This document shows positions 48,601 through 60,223 of a DNA stretch of 64,000 nucleotides, piece after piece. This DNA comes from Balanoglossus misakiensis. Lineage: Eukaryota > Animalia > Hemichordata. Made by a program: the position numbers and the translations under genes. The notes under the pieces were generated by a model. That model did not search any database. It had not been told where the DNA came from and saw nothing but the letters and a program-made list of their open reading frames with translations. The stretch lies in assembly GCA_040954595.2 (NCBI GenBank), contig JBECUI020000024.1, positions 186,001 to 250,000 of the forward strand, written 5' to 3'. Positions within the stretch are counted from its first letter, which is position 1. Each line of letters opens with the position of its first letter.

Positions 48601-51600
48601 TGTTGTTGAGTTGCGAATAAAGGTCACGCTCACATCACGCCGTATCACGCAGTAAGATCGGGATCTCGTTCTCCGTTTGACGCGGCATTTCTTGTGTTCC
48701 TGGTCACGTGGCTGCGTTTTCGAAAATCGTGAATTTCTTTCGCACTGGATGTCCCAGTGTGGTAGTTGAAGGGTATACCGCTTAATTGTATGGATTCAAA
48801 CAATGTAAGCGACATTTGGGGGTTATTTTTGGCAAAATTAAGTGTAAACCGTTGCAGCTTAGGCGCCTTTAACTATAGAAAATATAGGCCTATGGCCAGG
48901 TATAAAAATATGAAAAATAAAAAATCTTCTTCTCAAAATAGACTTGGCCCACGGCCTTGACATTTGGCATGTAGGACACTGACCACATGGTCTGCAAAAA
49001 TCGCTAAAAGAATTTTGATATCTCCATTCATATGCAAATTAGGCCCATTTGAAAACTTTGCCCATATATGGTCATCAGGTCACATGACTAATTAAACATT
49101 CACAGGGATACTGCACCAGCTCTCATAGGCCTGCACCATTGTGCCAAGTTTGAGATTTGTAGGTTCAACCGTTTTCAAGATCTACCTGAGCAAAAAAAAC
49201 TACACAAGAAAAAAAAAATTAAAGCTGCAAGCAGCCTTGAAGGGGCCCAAGCATAGAGTTAATAACCATTAGACTCCATTCAGGGTTGTACCATTCAAAT
49301 GCGTAGGCTGTATTTGCTCTCGATGTTGAGATATGGGGAAGTAGGCAACCACCTGAAATGCATGTCGTACAAGTACAAAAACAACAACCAAAGGTGAACT
49401 TCTACGTTGTAAGTACTTCAGTAAGTACTTCAAAGGTCAGTTGAGGGTACCCAAAAATTGGACCAAAAATTTGGTTCATATTCAAGACAACGGAAAATCC
49501 TTGCCCGTTGGGTTGGTCAAATTAGATATGACCATAAAATGAGTTACGCAAGTAAGTTACAGGTGGCCCCAGGAATTTAGCATTTCATGACGCAGAGGTC
49601 CTACCCTACCCCTCCAAACACCTGGCTATATATGATTTGCATGCTATCATATGGAAAGCAGGTCAATTGACACCTGAGGTCAACCAAATATTTGACAAAA
49701 AATTTTCATTCCTGTTTATGTCATGTGCAACAAATCCTACATTTGCAGCCCTTTCACTTTGCCTACCATTAGGTATGCACGCAATACACAAATCAAGCAG
49801 GTGTCACAGGTATCCCCATGTATTTGGCATTTCATGATAGTTTCATCCCTCCAAATACCAAAGCTGCACCTGCACAACGTGCTGAGATATGGCACTGTAC
49901 GACAGAGGTCATCCAAATCACCTTATACATTTGGGCAAAAACCAACTGACACTTACATTCGTCCGTGTGGAACAAAAACCACACATATCGCCCTGTTGGT
50001 TAGTGTCCAATTAAATGTACAAAATCAATGACTTCGGCAGGTGCAACGGGTGACCCCGCCTTTGGTATATCATTATGGTCCCATCCGTATACCCCCCCCC
50101 CACCACGCCAAAGCTGCATGCATCTGCTGTTATTCACTAAGCAAAAGTAGGTGAAATATCACATAAGGTCGCCCACAACTTGACAGGAAAATCTGACTTC
50201 GTATTGATCCATGTGCAACAAATACCATGCTAGCATCCCTTTCATTGACCCCACAATTACGCATGCACATAATAGAGTTACGCAGGTGTCACAGGTGACC
50301 CCTAATTTTGTCTTTTCAATTTTAGTCACAACCCTCCAAACGCCAAGTCAGTGCCTGCTGTGGATGCTGAGATATAGGAAAGTAGGTCAAAGGTCACCTG
50401 AGGTCACCCAAAATTAGGGCAAAAAATGTTGATGCCATACTGATCCATGTCCCACAAGAACAAAACCTCTAGCCTTATTAGTTAGCCTGGAATTAGGTAT
50501 GCACATAATTAATGAGTTAAGCAGGTGTTACAGGTGATCCCAAAACTTTGCCTTTTATTGTGGTGCCATTCTGCTCACGGGCCAATAGAGAGTCACTGTA
50601 CAGGACCAATGCACAGCCGACATGGACATAGCGTCATAGCTTAACTATAGAAAGTATAGGCCCATGGCTGGGTTCAAAAATATGAAAAATAAAAAAATCT
50701 TCTTCTCAAAATAGACTTGGCCCACGGCCTTGACATTTGGCATGTAGGACACTGACCACATGGTCTGCAAAAATCGCTAAAAGAATTTTGATATCTCCAT
50801 TCATATGCAAATTAGGCCCATTTGAAAACTTTGCCCATATATGGTCATCAGGTCACATGACTAATTAAACATTCACAGGGATACTGCACCAGCTCTCATA
50901 GGCCTGCACCATTGTGCCAAGTTTGAGATTTGTAGGTTCAACCGTTTTCAAGATCTACCTGAGCAAAAAAACTACACAAGAAAAAAAAAAATTAAAGCTG
51001 CAAGCAGCATTGAAGGGGCCCAAGCATAGAGTTAATAACCATTAGACTCCATTCAGGGTTGTACCATTCAAATGCGTAGGCTGTATTTGCTCTCGATGTT
51101 GAGATATGGGGAAGTAGGCAACCACCTGAAATGCATGTCGTACAAGTACAAAAACAACAACCAAAGGTGAACTTCTACGTTGTAAGTACTTCAGTAAGTA
51201 CTTCAAAGGTCAGTTGAGGGTACCCAAAAATTGGACCAAAAATTTGGTTCATATTCAAGACAACGGAAAATCCTTGCCCGTTGGGTTGGTCAAATTAGAT
51301 ATGACCATAAAATGAGTTACGCAAGTAAGTTACAGGTGGCCCCAGGAATTTAGCATTTCATGACGCAGAGGTCCTACCCTACCCCTCCAAACACCTGGCT
51401 ATATATGATTTGCATGCTAACATATGGAAAGCAGGTCAATTGACACCTGAGGTCAACCAAATATTTGACAAAAAATTTTCATTCCTGTTTATGTCATGTG
51501 CAACAAATCCTACATTTGCAGCCCTTTCACTTTGCCTACCATTAGGTATGCACGGAATACACAAATCAAGCAGGTGTCACAGGTATCCCCATGTATTTGG

Positions 51601-54600
51601 CATTTCATGATAGTTTCATCCTTCCAAATACCAAAGCTGCACCTGCACAACGTGCTGAGATATGGCACTGTACGACAGAGGTCATCCAAATCACCTTATA
51701 CATTTGGGCAAAAACCAACTGACACTTACATTCGTCCGTGTGGAACAAAAACCACACATATCGCCCTGTTGGTTAGTGTCCAATTAAATGTACAAAATCA
51801 ATGACTTCGGCAGGTGCAACGGGTGACCCCGCCTTTGGTATATCATTATGGTCCCATCCGTATACCCCCCCCCCCCACCACGCCAAAGCTGCATGCATCT
51901 GCTGTTATTCACTAAGCAAAAGTAGGTGAAATATCACATAAGGTCGCCCACAACTTGACAGGAAAATCGGACTTCATATTGATCCATGTGCAACAAATAC
52001 CATGCTAGCATCCCTTTCATTGACCCCACAATTACGCATGCACATAATAGAGTTACGCAGGTGTCACAGGTGACCCCTAATTTTGTCTTTTCAATTTTAG
52101 TCACAACCCTCCAAACGTGCTGAGATATGGCACTGTACGACAGAGGTCATCCAAATCACCTTATACATTTGGGCAAAAACCAACTGACACTTACATTCGT
52201 CCGTGTGGAACAAAAACCACACATATCGCCCTGTTGGTTAGTGTCCAATTAAATGTACAAAATCAATGACTTCGGCAGGTGCAACGGGTGACCCCGCCTT
52301 TGGTATATCATTATGGTCCCATCCGTATACCCCCCCCCCCCCACCACGCCAAAGCTGCATGCATCTGCTGTTATTCACTAAGCAAAAGTAGGTGAAATAT
52401 CACATAAGGTCGCCCACAACTTGACAGGAAAATCGGACTTCATATTGATCCATGTGCAACAAATACCATGCTAGCATCCCTTTCATTGACCCCACAATTA
52501 CGCATGCACATAATAGAGTTACGCAGGTGTCACAGGTGACCCCTAATTTTGTCTTTTCAATTTTAGTCACAACCCTCCAAACGCCAAGTCAGTGCCTGCT
52601 GTGGATGCTGAGATATAGGAAAGTAGGTCAAAGGTCACCTGAGGTCACCCAAAATTTGGGCAAAAATTTTTGATGCCATACTGATCCATGTCCCACAAGA
52701 ACAAAACCTCTAGCCTTATTAGTTAGCCTGGAATTAGGTATGCACATAATTAATGAGTTAAGCAGGTGTTACAGGTGATCCCAAAACTTTGCCTTTTATT
52801 GTGGTGCCATTCTGCTCACGGGCCAATAGAGAGTCACTGTACAGGACCAATGCACAGCCGACATGGACATAGCGTCATAGCTTAACTATAGAAAGTATAG
52901 GCCCATGGCTGGGTTCAAAAATATGAAAAATAAAAAAATCTTCTTCTCAAAATAGACTTGGCCCACGGCCTTGACATTTGGCATGTAGGACACTGACCAC
53001 ATGGTCTGCAAAAATCGCTAAAAGAATTTTGATATCTCCATTCATATGCAAATTAGGCCCATTTGAAAACTTTGCCCATATATGGTCATCAGGTCACATG
53101 ACTAATTAAACATTCACAGGGATACTGCACCAGCTCTCATAGACCTGCACCATTGTGCCAAGTTTGAGATTTGTAGGTTCAGCCGTTTTCAAGATCTACC
53201 TGAGCAAACAAACTACACAAGAAGAAAAAGATGAAAAACCCCAGTAATACCAATAGGGCACAAGCGCCTGAGGGCGCTTGTGCCCTAAAAAAAGATGAAA
53301 AACCCCAGTAATACCAATAGGGCACAAGCCTGCTTGGCTTGTGCCCTAAAAAAGAGGATAATACCAATAGGGCCCAAGCGCTGCATGCGCTTGGGCCCTA
53401 AAAAAAGCCAGTAATACCAATAGGGCCCAAGCCTGCTGGGCTTGGGCCCTAAATATAGCTGCAAGCAGCGATGACGGGCACAAGCTTAAGCCGAAGGTCA
53501 AAGGTCATATGTGGTCACCCAAAATTTGGGCGAAACATTTTGATCCCAATACTAGTCCAGGTCCAACAGAAACCAGACCTCTAGCCCTATTGGTTTGTCT
53601 TAAATTAGATATGCACATAATTAATGATGTAAAGTGTAAGACTCCATTAATAGTTTGATCCATCCAAACACAAAAGCTGTACCTGTTCTGGATGCCGAGA
53701 TATAGGAAAGTAGGTCAAAGGTCACCTGAGGCCGCCCGAAAGTTTGGCAAAAATTTTTGACCCCATACTAGTCCAGGTCCAACAAAGACCAGACCTCTAG
53801 CCCTATTGGTTCGCCTAGAATTAGATATGCGCATAATTAATGAGGTAAAGTGTAAGGCTCCATCAGGAGTTCCATCCCTCCAAATGCCAAGGCTGTATCT
53901 GCTGTGGATGCCGAGATATGGTAAAGTAGGTCAAAGGTCACCTGAGGTCACCCAAAATTGGGCAAGAAATTTTAACCCCATACTGGTCCATGTTCAACAA
54001 AAGTCAAACCTCTAGCCCTATTTTCTAGCCTGGAATTAGGTATGCACATAATTAATGAGATAAGCAGGTGCCACAGGTGACCCCCAACTTTGAGGTAAAG
54101 TGTAAGACTCCATTGGGAGTTCAATCCCTCCAAATGCCAAGTCTGTACCTGATCTGGATGCCGAGATATAGAAAGTTAGGTCAAAGGTCTCCTGAGGTCA
54201 CCCAAAATTAGGCAAGAAATGTTAACCCCATACTGGTCCATGTTCAACAAAAATCAAACCTCTAGCACTATTGGCTAGCCTGGAATTAGGTATGCACATA
54301 ATTAATGAGATATGCAGGTGTCACAGGTGGCCCCCAATTTTGTCTTTTCAATTTTAGTCACAACCCTCCAAACGCCAAGTCTGTACTTGCTGTGGATGCC
54401 GAGATATAGGAAAGTAGGTCAAAGGTCACCTGAGGTCACCCAAAATTTGGGCAACAATTTTTGATCCCATACTGGTCCATGTCCCACAAGAACAAAACCT
54501 CTAGCCGTATTAGTTATCCTGGAATTAGGTATGCACATAATTAATGAGTTAAGCAGGTGTTACAGGTGAGCCCAAAATTTAGCCTTTTATTGTGGTTCCA

Positions 54601-55135
54601 TTCTGCTCACGGGCCAATAAAGAGTCACTGTACAGGACCATTGCACAGCCGACGTGGACATAGCGTCATAGCTTAACTATAGAAAGTATAGGCCCATGGC
54701 TGGGTCCAAAAATATGAAAAATTAAAAAATCTTCTTCTCAAAATAGACTTAACCCACGGCCTTGACATTTGGCATGTAGGACACTGACCACATGGTCCGC
54801 AAAAATCGCTAAAAGAATTTTGATATTTCCATTCATATGCAAATTAGGCCCATTTGAAAACTTTGCCCATATATGGTCATCAGGTCACATGACTTATTAA
54901 ACATTCACGAGGGTACTGCACTAGCTCTCATAGGCCTGCACCACTGTGCCAAGTTTGAGATTTGTAGGTTCAGCCGTTTTCAAGATCAAAGTGGCCGAAA
55001 AAACTGCACAAGAAAAAAAATCAGTAGAAGAAAAAAGCCAACAATACCAATAGGGCACAAGCGCCTGAGGGCGCTTGTGCCCTAAAAACTACAGTAAAAA
55101 CAATAGGGCCCAAGCCTGCTGGGCTTGGGCCCTAA

Positions 55136-57272
55136 TAATCTTAATCTATTGACTTTATCAGGTTTTGAATTCCGATAAAACTCTAATAAGTGTACATATT
55201 TGATTATCTGACATGGGAGGTAAGGATGAGAAAATATGAATAAACTTTGACAAAGCAAGTGTTTTAGCTATTGTTATCTTGCCAAACAAGGTCACAGGTC
55301 GCCATGACCACTTAGTAAGCAGTGTGGACACTTCCCTTACTTTTGGTGTAAAATTTAACATATCAAGCCCAACAAGATCAACGTTCAGGTTAATACCAAG
55401 AACTGTTAACGGTTCATCAACCCATAATAAGTTCTTTTTTGGCAACAAAATATCATGTGAATGGCATTTAGCGCCAAACCAAACCAATTTAGTTTTTTGG
55501 TAGTTAATTCGCAAACCCGACAGAAAAGTAAAGAAACCCAAGGTAGCAAACAGATTTTTCAGAGAACTTTCAGAACCATCTAAATATACAAAAATATCAT
55601 CTGCGTATTGCCCCAGTAAATTTTTTTTTATCTCTAAGTGTAATTCCTTCTATATTACTATGGGCTCTGATTTCATGCGCAAGTTTTTCAACACAGGTGA
55701 TAAACAGGTACGGTGATAGAGGATCACCTTGTCTAACACCTCTCTCGAGGGGAAAAATCAGGAAAGTTTCCGTTATTTATAACACAACTAGTGGTGTTTT
55801 TATAAAACACTTTGACCCATTTTCTGAAAGAGGGATAAAAATTAAACTTTCTCAATGCTTTATCGATAAATTCCCAAGAAAGCGTGTCAAACGCCATTTC
55901 AAAGTCTAGAAGTACAAGAAAACCTTGTCTATGTTTGAAGTTAACGATACATCATCAATCAAACGTGTATTTTCACCAATATACCTTCCTTTCCTCAAAA
56001 AACCTTTCTAGTCAGGGTGAATAATTTTTGGCAAGAACCGTTTCATACGGTTTGCTATAACACCAGATGCAATCTTATCATCCGTGTTTAGCAATGTAAT
56101 ACGGCGCCAATTTTTCATGAAATCTATTCTTGTTGGGTTTCGGGATACAAGTAACAATTCCCCGCTTTTGAGAAATAGACATTTCGCCTGAGGAGTAGGC
56201 GGAATTAATTGCACGGGCTATATAAACACCAATGTCGGGCCAAAAAAATTTCGGCAGAAAAACCGTCTGTTCCTGGTGACTTATTATTTGCTATTGACTT
56301 CAACACTACTCCACATTCATGCTTAGACAGGGCCCCTTCCAAAGAATCCCGTTCCTCAGTACTCAAAGTAGGCAAAGTATTTCCATGCTGCATAAAATTA
56401 TCTAACTGATCAATATTGCAAGCAACGTTTTTGGTAGCCGCATATAGATTCCGGTAAAACTTAGATTGTTCACGAAGGATGTCTTCGTCCTCAGTTATTG
56501 TGGAGCCAACACTCAGGCACAGCTGACCGATGGCTTTATTGGTGAAATGTCTCTTTTCCATAGAGCAAAAATACTTAGTAGGTTTTTCCCCTTCTGTAGA
56601 CCACCTGGCCCGAGCACGTACGCGACTTCCTTCTACTTTTTTGACAGTATGCTATCAACTGTTCTTTTTTCATGCAGTTCATCTAACATGTCAGGCGTTT
56701 ATAGATCATTCACACGAGTTTCTAGTAAAATATTCTCCGTTTCAAGCTGTTTCTCGGCCCTAATAAATTCCTAGTTGCATACGAAATCGTAACTCCACGA
56801 ATTTTTATTTTCAACGTATCCAAGAAAAGTTGATCCGAAATGGTAAAAGTGGGACCAGCTTGAGAGCTTCCCTCCTGTCTGTACTCATCCTTAGTATCCC
56901 GAATTGTGTTTTTAACAATGTCCACATAATCGTTGTCATCCGAGAGAGACGTATTGCAGAGTGGTCACTCCGGTAACCGACACAAATATTTGCAGTTGCG
57001 GTCACATTAGCGAATTCAGGCGTAATAAGAAAATAATCCAGTCTTTTGCGCCTAAACTACGTAAATGTACGCGAGGACTCGTTTATCATCCGCCAAATAT
57101 CTATCAAAGTATACTCATCACAGAGAAGATCAATTTGTTGCCTTGCATCCGAGTGAGAGTCTGTAGTGCGGCCAGCTGTGTCAGCATCAAAACCCTCACT
57201 ACATTCCAGTCCCCAACTGCAATAACTGAATTATTACCAAACATATTGATCTGCCATTTCAAATCAATATAG
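55136..57272 (-). pseudogene. L1/Tx1-clade LINE ORF2, endonuclease end plus RT, heavily frameshifted
   Basis: IAVGDWNVV, RLDYFL, GYRSDH, NNKSPGTDGF, KNWRRITLLN.D.KI, GVRQGDPLSPYLF (~55700-55740), QYADD (~55600), SGLRINYQKT, GKITIAKTLALSK. Confidence 0.9.
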
Positions 57273-57275
57273 AAT

Positions 57276-58610
57276 CTAGTACCACCTACCCCAAGACCAT
57301 GCGTAATCCCACAGGATACACACATTTCAAAGTTGTCTCTAAAGAAGTGTTTTATTGTTAAATAACTAATGTTAACATTTGCTTTCTTGTTTAGTATATA
57401 TAGAAGTCGATAATCCAAACCCCAAAAAGCTGTCAAAAATTTGCTTCACAAAAACAAAATCACAATCATTGCGTTGTCTTTGGGGATGAATATTTTCAAA
57501 ATTGCCGAAGAAAATAATTTAAAAATCATATAATTAAATAATCAAAAATTAATTTTACTCCTATTTGCACTTCCCGTAAAGAGCAGTGTCTAAGCTTTCT
57601 AAAATAATAAGGTTTATGTACTTTGAAGCTAGCTTTATTGTTGTAGGAGAGGATATAGTACCCCCTACCCGAAGACCATGCGTAATCCCATAGGATACAT
57701 GCATTTCAAAGTTGTCTCTAAAGAAGTATTGTATTGTTATATAACTAATGTTAACATTTGTTTTCTTGTTTAATAAACAGAAGTCAATAATCCAAACCCC
57801 CAAAGATGTCAAAAATTTGCTTTACAAAAAGAAAATCACAATTGTTGCGTTGTCTTTGGGGTGAATATTTTCAAAATTGCCGAAAAAATTAATTTAAAAA
57901 TATTATAATTAAATATTCATAATTTTTTTTATAATTAAGTTTGTGCTTCCCGTAAAGAGCAGTGTCTAAGCTTTCTAAAAATATAAGGTTTATGTAATTG
58001 TTTGCTAGTTTTTTTTTTTTTAGGAGAGGATATAGTACCCCTACCCCAAGACCATGCGTAATCCCATAGGATACATGCATTTCAAAGTTGTCTCTAAAGA
58101 AGTATTGTATTGTTAAATAACTAATGTTAACATTTGTTTTCTTGTTTAATATATAGAATTAAATAATCCAAACCTAAAAAGTTGTCAACAATTTGCTTCA
58201 CAAAAAGAAAATCACAATTGTAACATTGTCTTTTGAGTGAAAACTTTCAAAATTGCCGAAAAAATTAATTTAAAAATCATCTAATTAAATATTCATAAAT
58301 ATTGTTTAATAAAGTTTGTGCTTCCCGTAAAGAGCAGTATCTAAGCTTTCTAAAAATATGAGGTTTATGTAATTTCATGGTAGTTTTATTTTTTTAGGAG
58401 AGAATATAGTACCCCCCACCCAACCCATTTTTCGCCATTTTGAGCGGCACATACCATTCAAAAACCACCCCGGAGGGGTAGTGCAACCCAAAATATTCAA
58501 TGTTAACATCTTTTTTCTTGTTCAGCACGTTCTAAAGAACAAAAAAATACCCAAGTGGTAGGTTTATGGGGGGGGGGGGTGCACGGTGGACCCGTCGTGC
58601 CCACGGACTA
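57276..58610 (-). repeat. Right TIR plus additional ~375-bp subrepeats
   Basis: GTACCCC..ACC landmarks at ~57279, 57658, 58036 and 58409. The outer ~735 bp mirror the left TIR. Confidence 0.9.
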
Positions 58611-59895
58611 AGAGATATTGACGGAATTCAAGAAAAAATAGCCATTTTGGCCATATTTTGATAAAAATGGTAAATTTTTAAAAAAATCATAAAAAATTAA
58701 CTCTTTTCTTCATTTTCGGAAATATTATGGAGCATGAAGTGTCGTTCTCTTGAAAAAAGTGCTGCAAATTCCAGAAAAGGCGGTATAATTTGAATCACCC
58801 AAGACAAAATAACCATTTTCGACTTTTTTCGAAATATTGTCTTTTTTACAAAATAAATAAGAATAAATTCTTTTCTTAGTTTCAAACGGGTAGAGATACT
58901 TTCCACACGGGTTTTCTAACATTGAATTCCCGTTCATCAACTCAGATTTCCTACAGCATAAGTCGGCTAAAACCCTGACACTCTAGAGCAGAAACAGTTG
59001 CACACTGGTAACGTTGAACAAGTCGATTTTTCTACGGCCTGGCTCGGCTAAATCGCCGTCACAATATGACAAACACTAGCGTACGTTAGCAACAGTGATC
59101 AAGTCAGATTTTCTACGGCATGGCTTGGATAAAGCACCGGCACTCTAGAGCAGAAACACGCGTACAGAGACCACGTTGATCAAGTCTGTTCTCCTACGGC
59201 TTGGCTCGACTAAAACCCCGGCACACTATGACAGACACTAGCGTTCGTTAGCAACGTTGATCAAGTCAGATTTCCTACGGCATGGCTTGGCTAAAGCCCT
59301 GGCACTCTAGAGCAGAAACACGCCTACAGAGACCACGTTGATCTACTCACAATTCCTTCGGCCTGGCACGGCTGATGCCCCGGCACTATATATAGGACAC
59401 AGACTGGCGTATGTTAACAACGGTAATCACGACGGGTTTCCTACGGCCTGGCTCAGCTGAAGCCCCGGCACTCTAGAGCAGAAAAAGGCGTACAGAGACC
59501 ACGTTGATCAAGTCTGATCTCCTACGGCTTGGCTCGACTAAAACCCCGGCACACTATGACAGACACTAGCGTTCGTTAGCAACGTTGATCAAGTCAGATT
59601 TCCTACGGCTTGGCTTGGCTAAAACCCTGGCACTCTAGAGCAGAAACACGCGTACAGAGACCACGTTAATCTACTCACATTTCCTTCGGCCTGGCACGGC
59701 TGATGCCCCGGCACTATATATAGGACACAGACTGGCGTAAGTTAACAACGGTAATCACGTCGGGTTTCCTACGGCCTGGCTCAGCTGAAGCCCCGGCACT
59801 CTAGAGCAGAAACAGGCGTACATTGACAACGTTGATCAAGTCAGATTTCGTACGGCGTGACTCGGCTGGTGCACCGGCTCTATATGACACAGACT
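58611..59895. repeat. Continuation of the macrosatellite unit interrupted at 35847
   Basis: Resumes in register (AGAGATATTGACGG...) and runs through 81-bp subrepeats until the LINE junction GACACAGACT|CGAG. Confidence 0.95.
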
Positions 59896-60223
59896 CGAGA
59901 ATCATATCCAGTAAACGCAAAGGCGCTGTTGCTGCTAAAATCAACGTATCCTTTCACCAGGCTAAGCTTTTGCTTGAGTCTAGTTTCTGGCCACCAAATG
60001 TATTTTGTAGACAGTGGCTAGGTGAACAAAATTTTTCAGAGAGTCAATTAAACCGTATACAAAGAAAAAACGACTCCACAGATGTTGATAGATTCGTTCA
60101 ATAATTTTATTTTTCTGAATCTGTGGATTTATTGTATTTCAATGACTTCTGTAGAAGCGGAACAATTGTTAAACTCTGATTGTTATAGGAAATGTAATTC
60201 ATATTCTTACTGAGTTCTGCAAC

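Larger units (their letters stand above)
39683..48868. mobile_element. Kolobok-type DNA transposon, full length (9186 bp), with two convergent genes
   Basis: TTAA TSD (39679-39682, 48869-48872). TIR AGGCACCTAAGCTGTAAC vs AGGCGCCTAAGCTGCAAC (16/18). The empty site GTCATAGCTTAACTATAG is present in HINE copies C, D and E (~50640, 52881, 54672). Confidence 0.9.
37596..55135 (-). mobile_element. Stack of five Helentron-type non-autonomous elements (A 37596-38709, B 38710-49218, C 49219-50991, D 50992-53451, E 53454-55135)
   Basis: Five 3' ends GCTGCAAGCAGC plus subTIR (~37601, 38714, 49224, 50997, 53458) and six 5' hairpins (53254-53451, 55051-55134). Shared ~240-bp internal repeats. No TSD. Confidence 0.8.
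35848..58610. mobile_element. Long-TIR DNA transposon, non-autonomous, Academ-like (superfamily tentative), carrying nested elements
   Basis: Termini TAGTCCGTGGGC...GCCCACGGACTA with a 3-bp TSD AGA (35845-35847, 58611-58613). The empty site ATGCAGAGATATTG occurs in other satellite units. No transposase of its own was found. Confidence 0.8.

Noticed and set aside
39679-48872. piggyBac assignment based on the TTAA TSD
   Set aside because: The termini are AGG...CCT rather than CCY...RGG, the transposase motifs are not piggyBac-like, and a convergent second gene is present.
53243-53451. CRISPR-like array of palindromic repeats
   Set aside because: Eukaryotic context, no cas genes and no unique spacers of regular length. 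The same hairpin terminates HINEs at 18767-18800 and 55051-55134.
49637-54015. 60-102 aa ORFs within the HINE repeats
   Set aside because: No recognisable domains, and they recur only because the repeat recurs. No Rep/helicase coding sequence was seen in the window.
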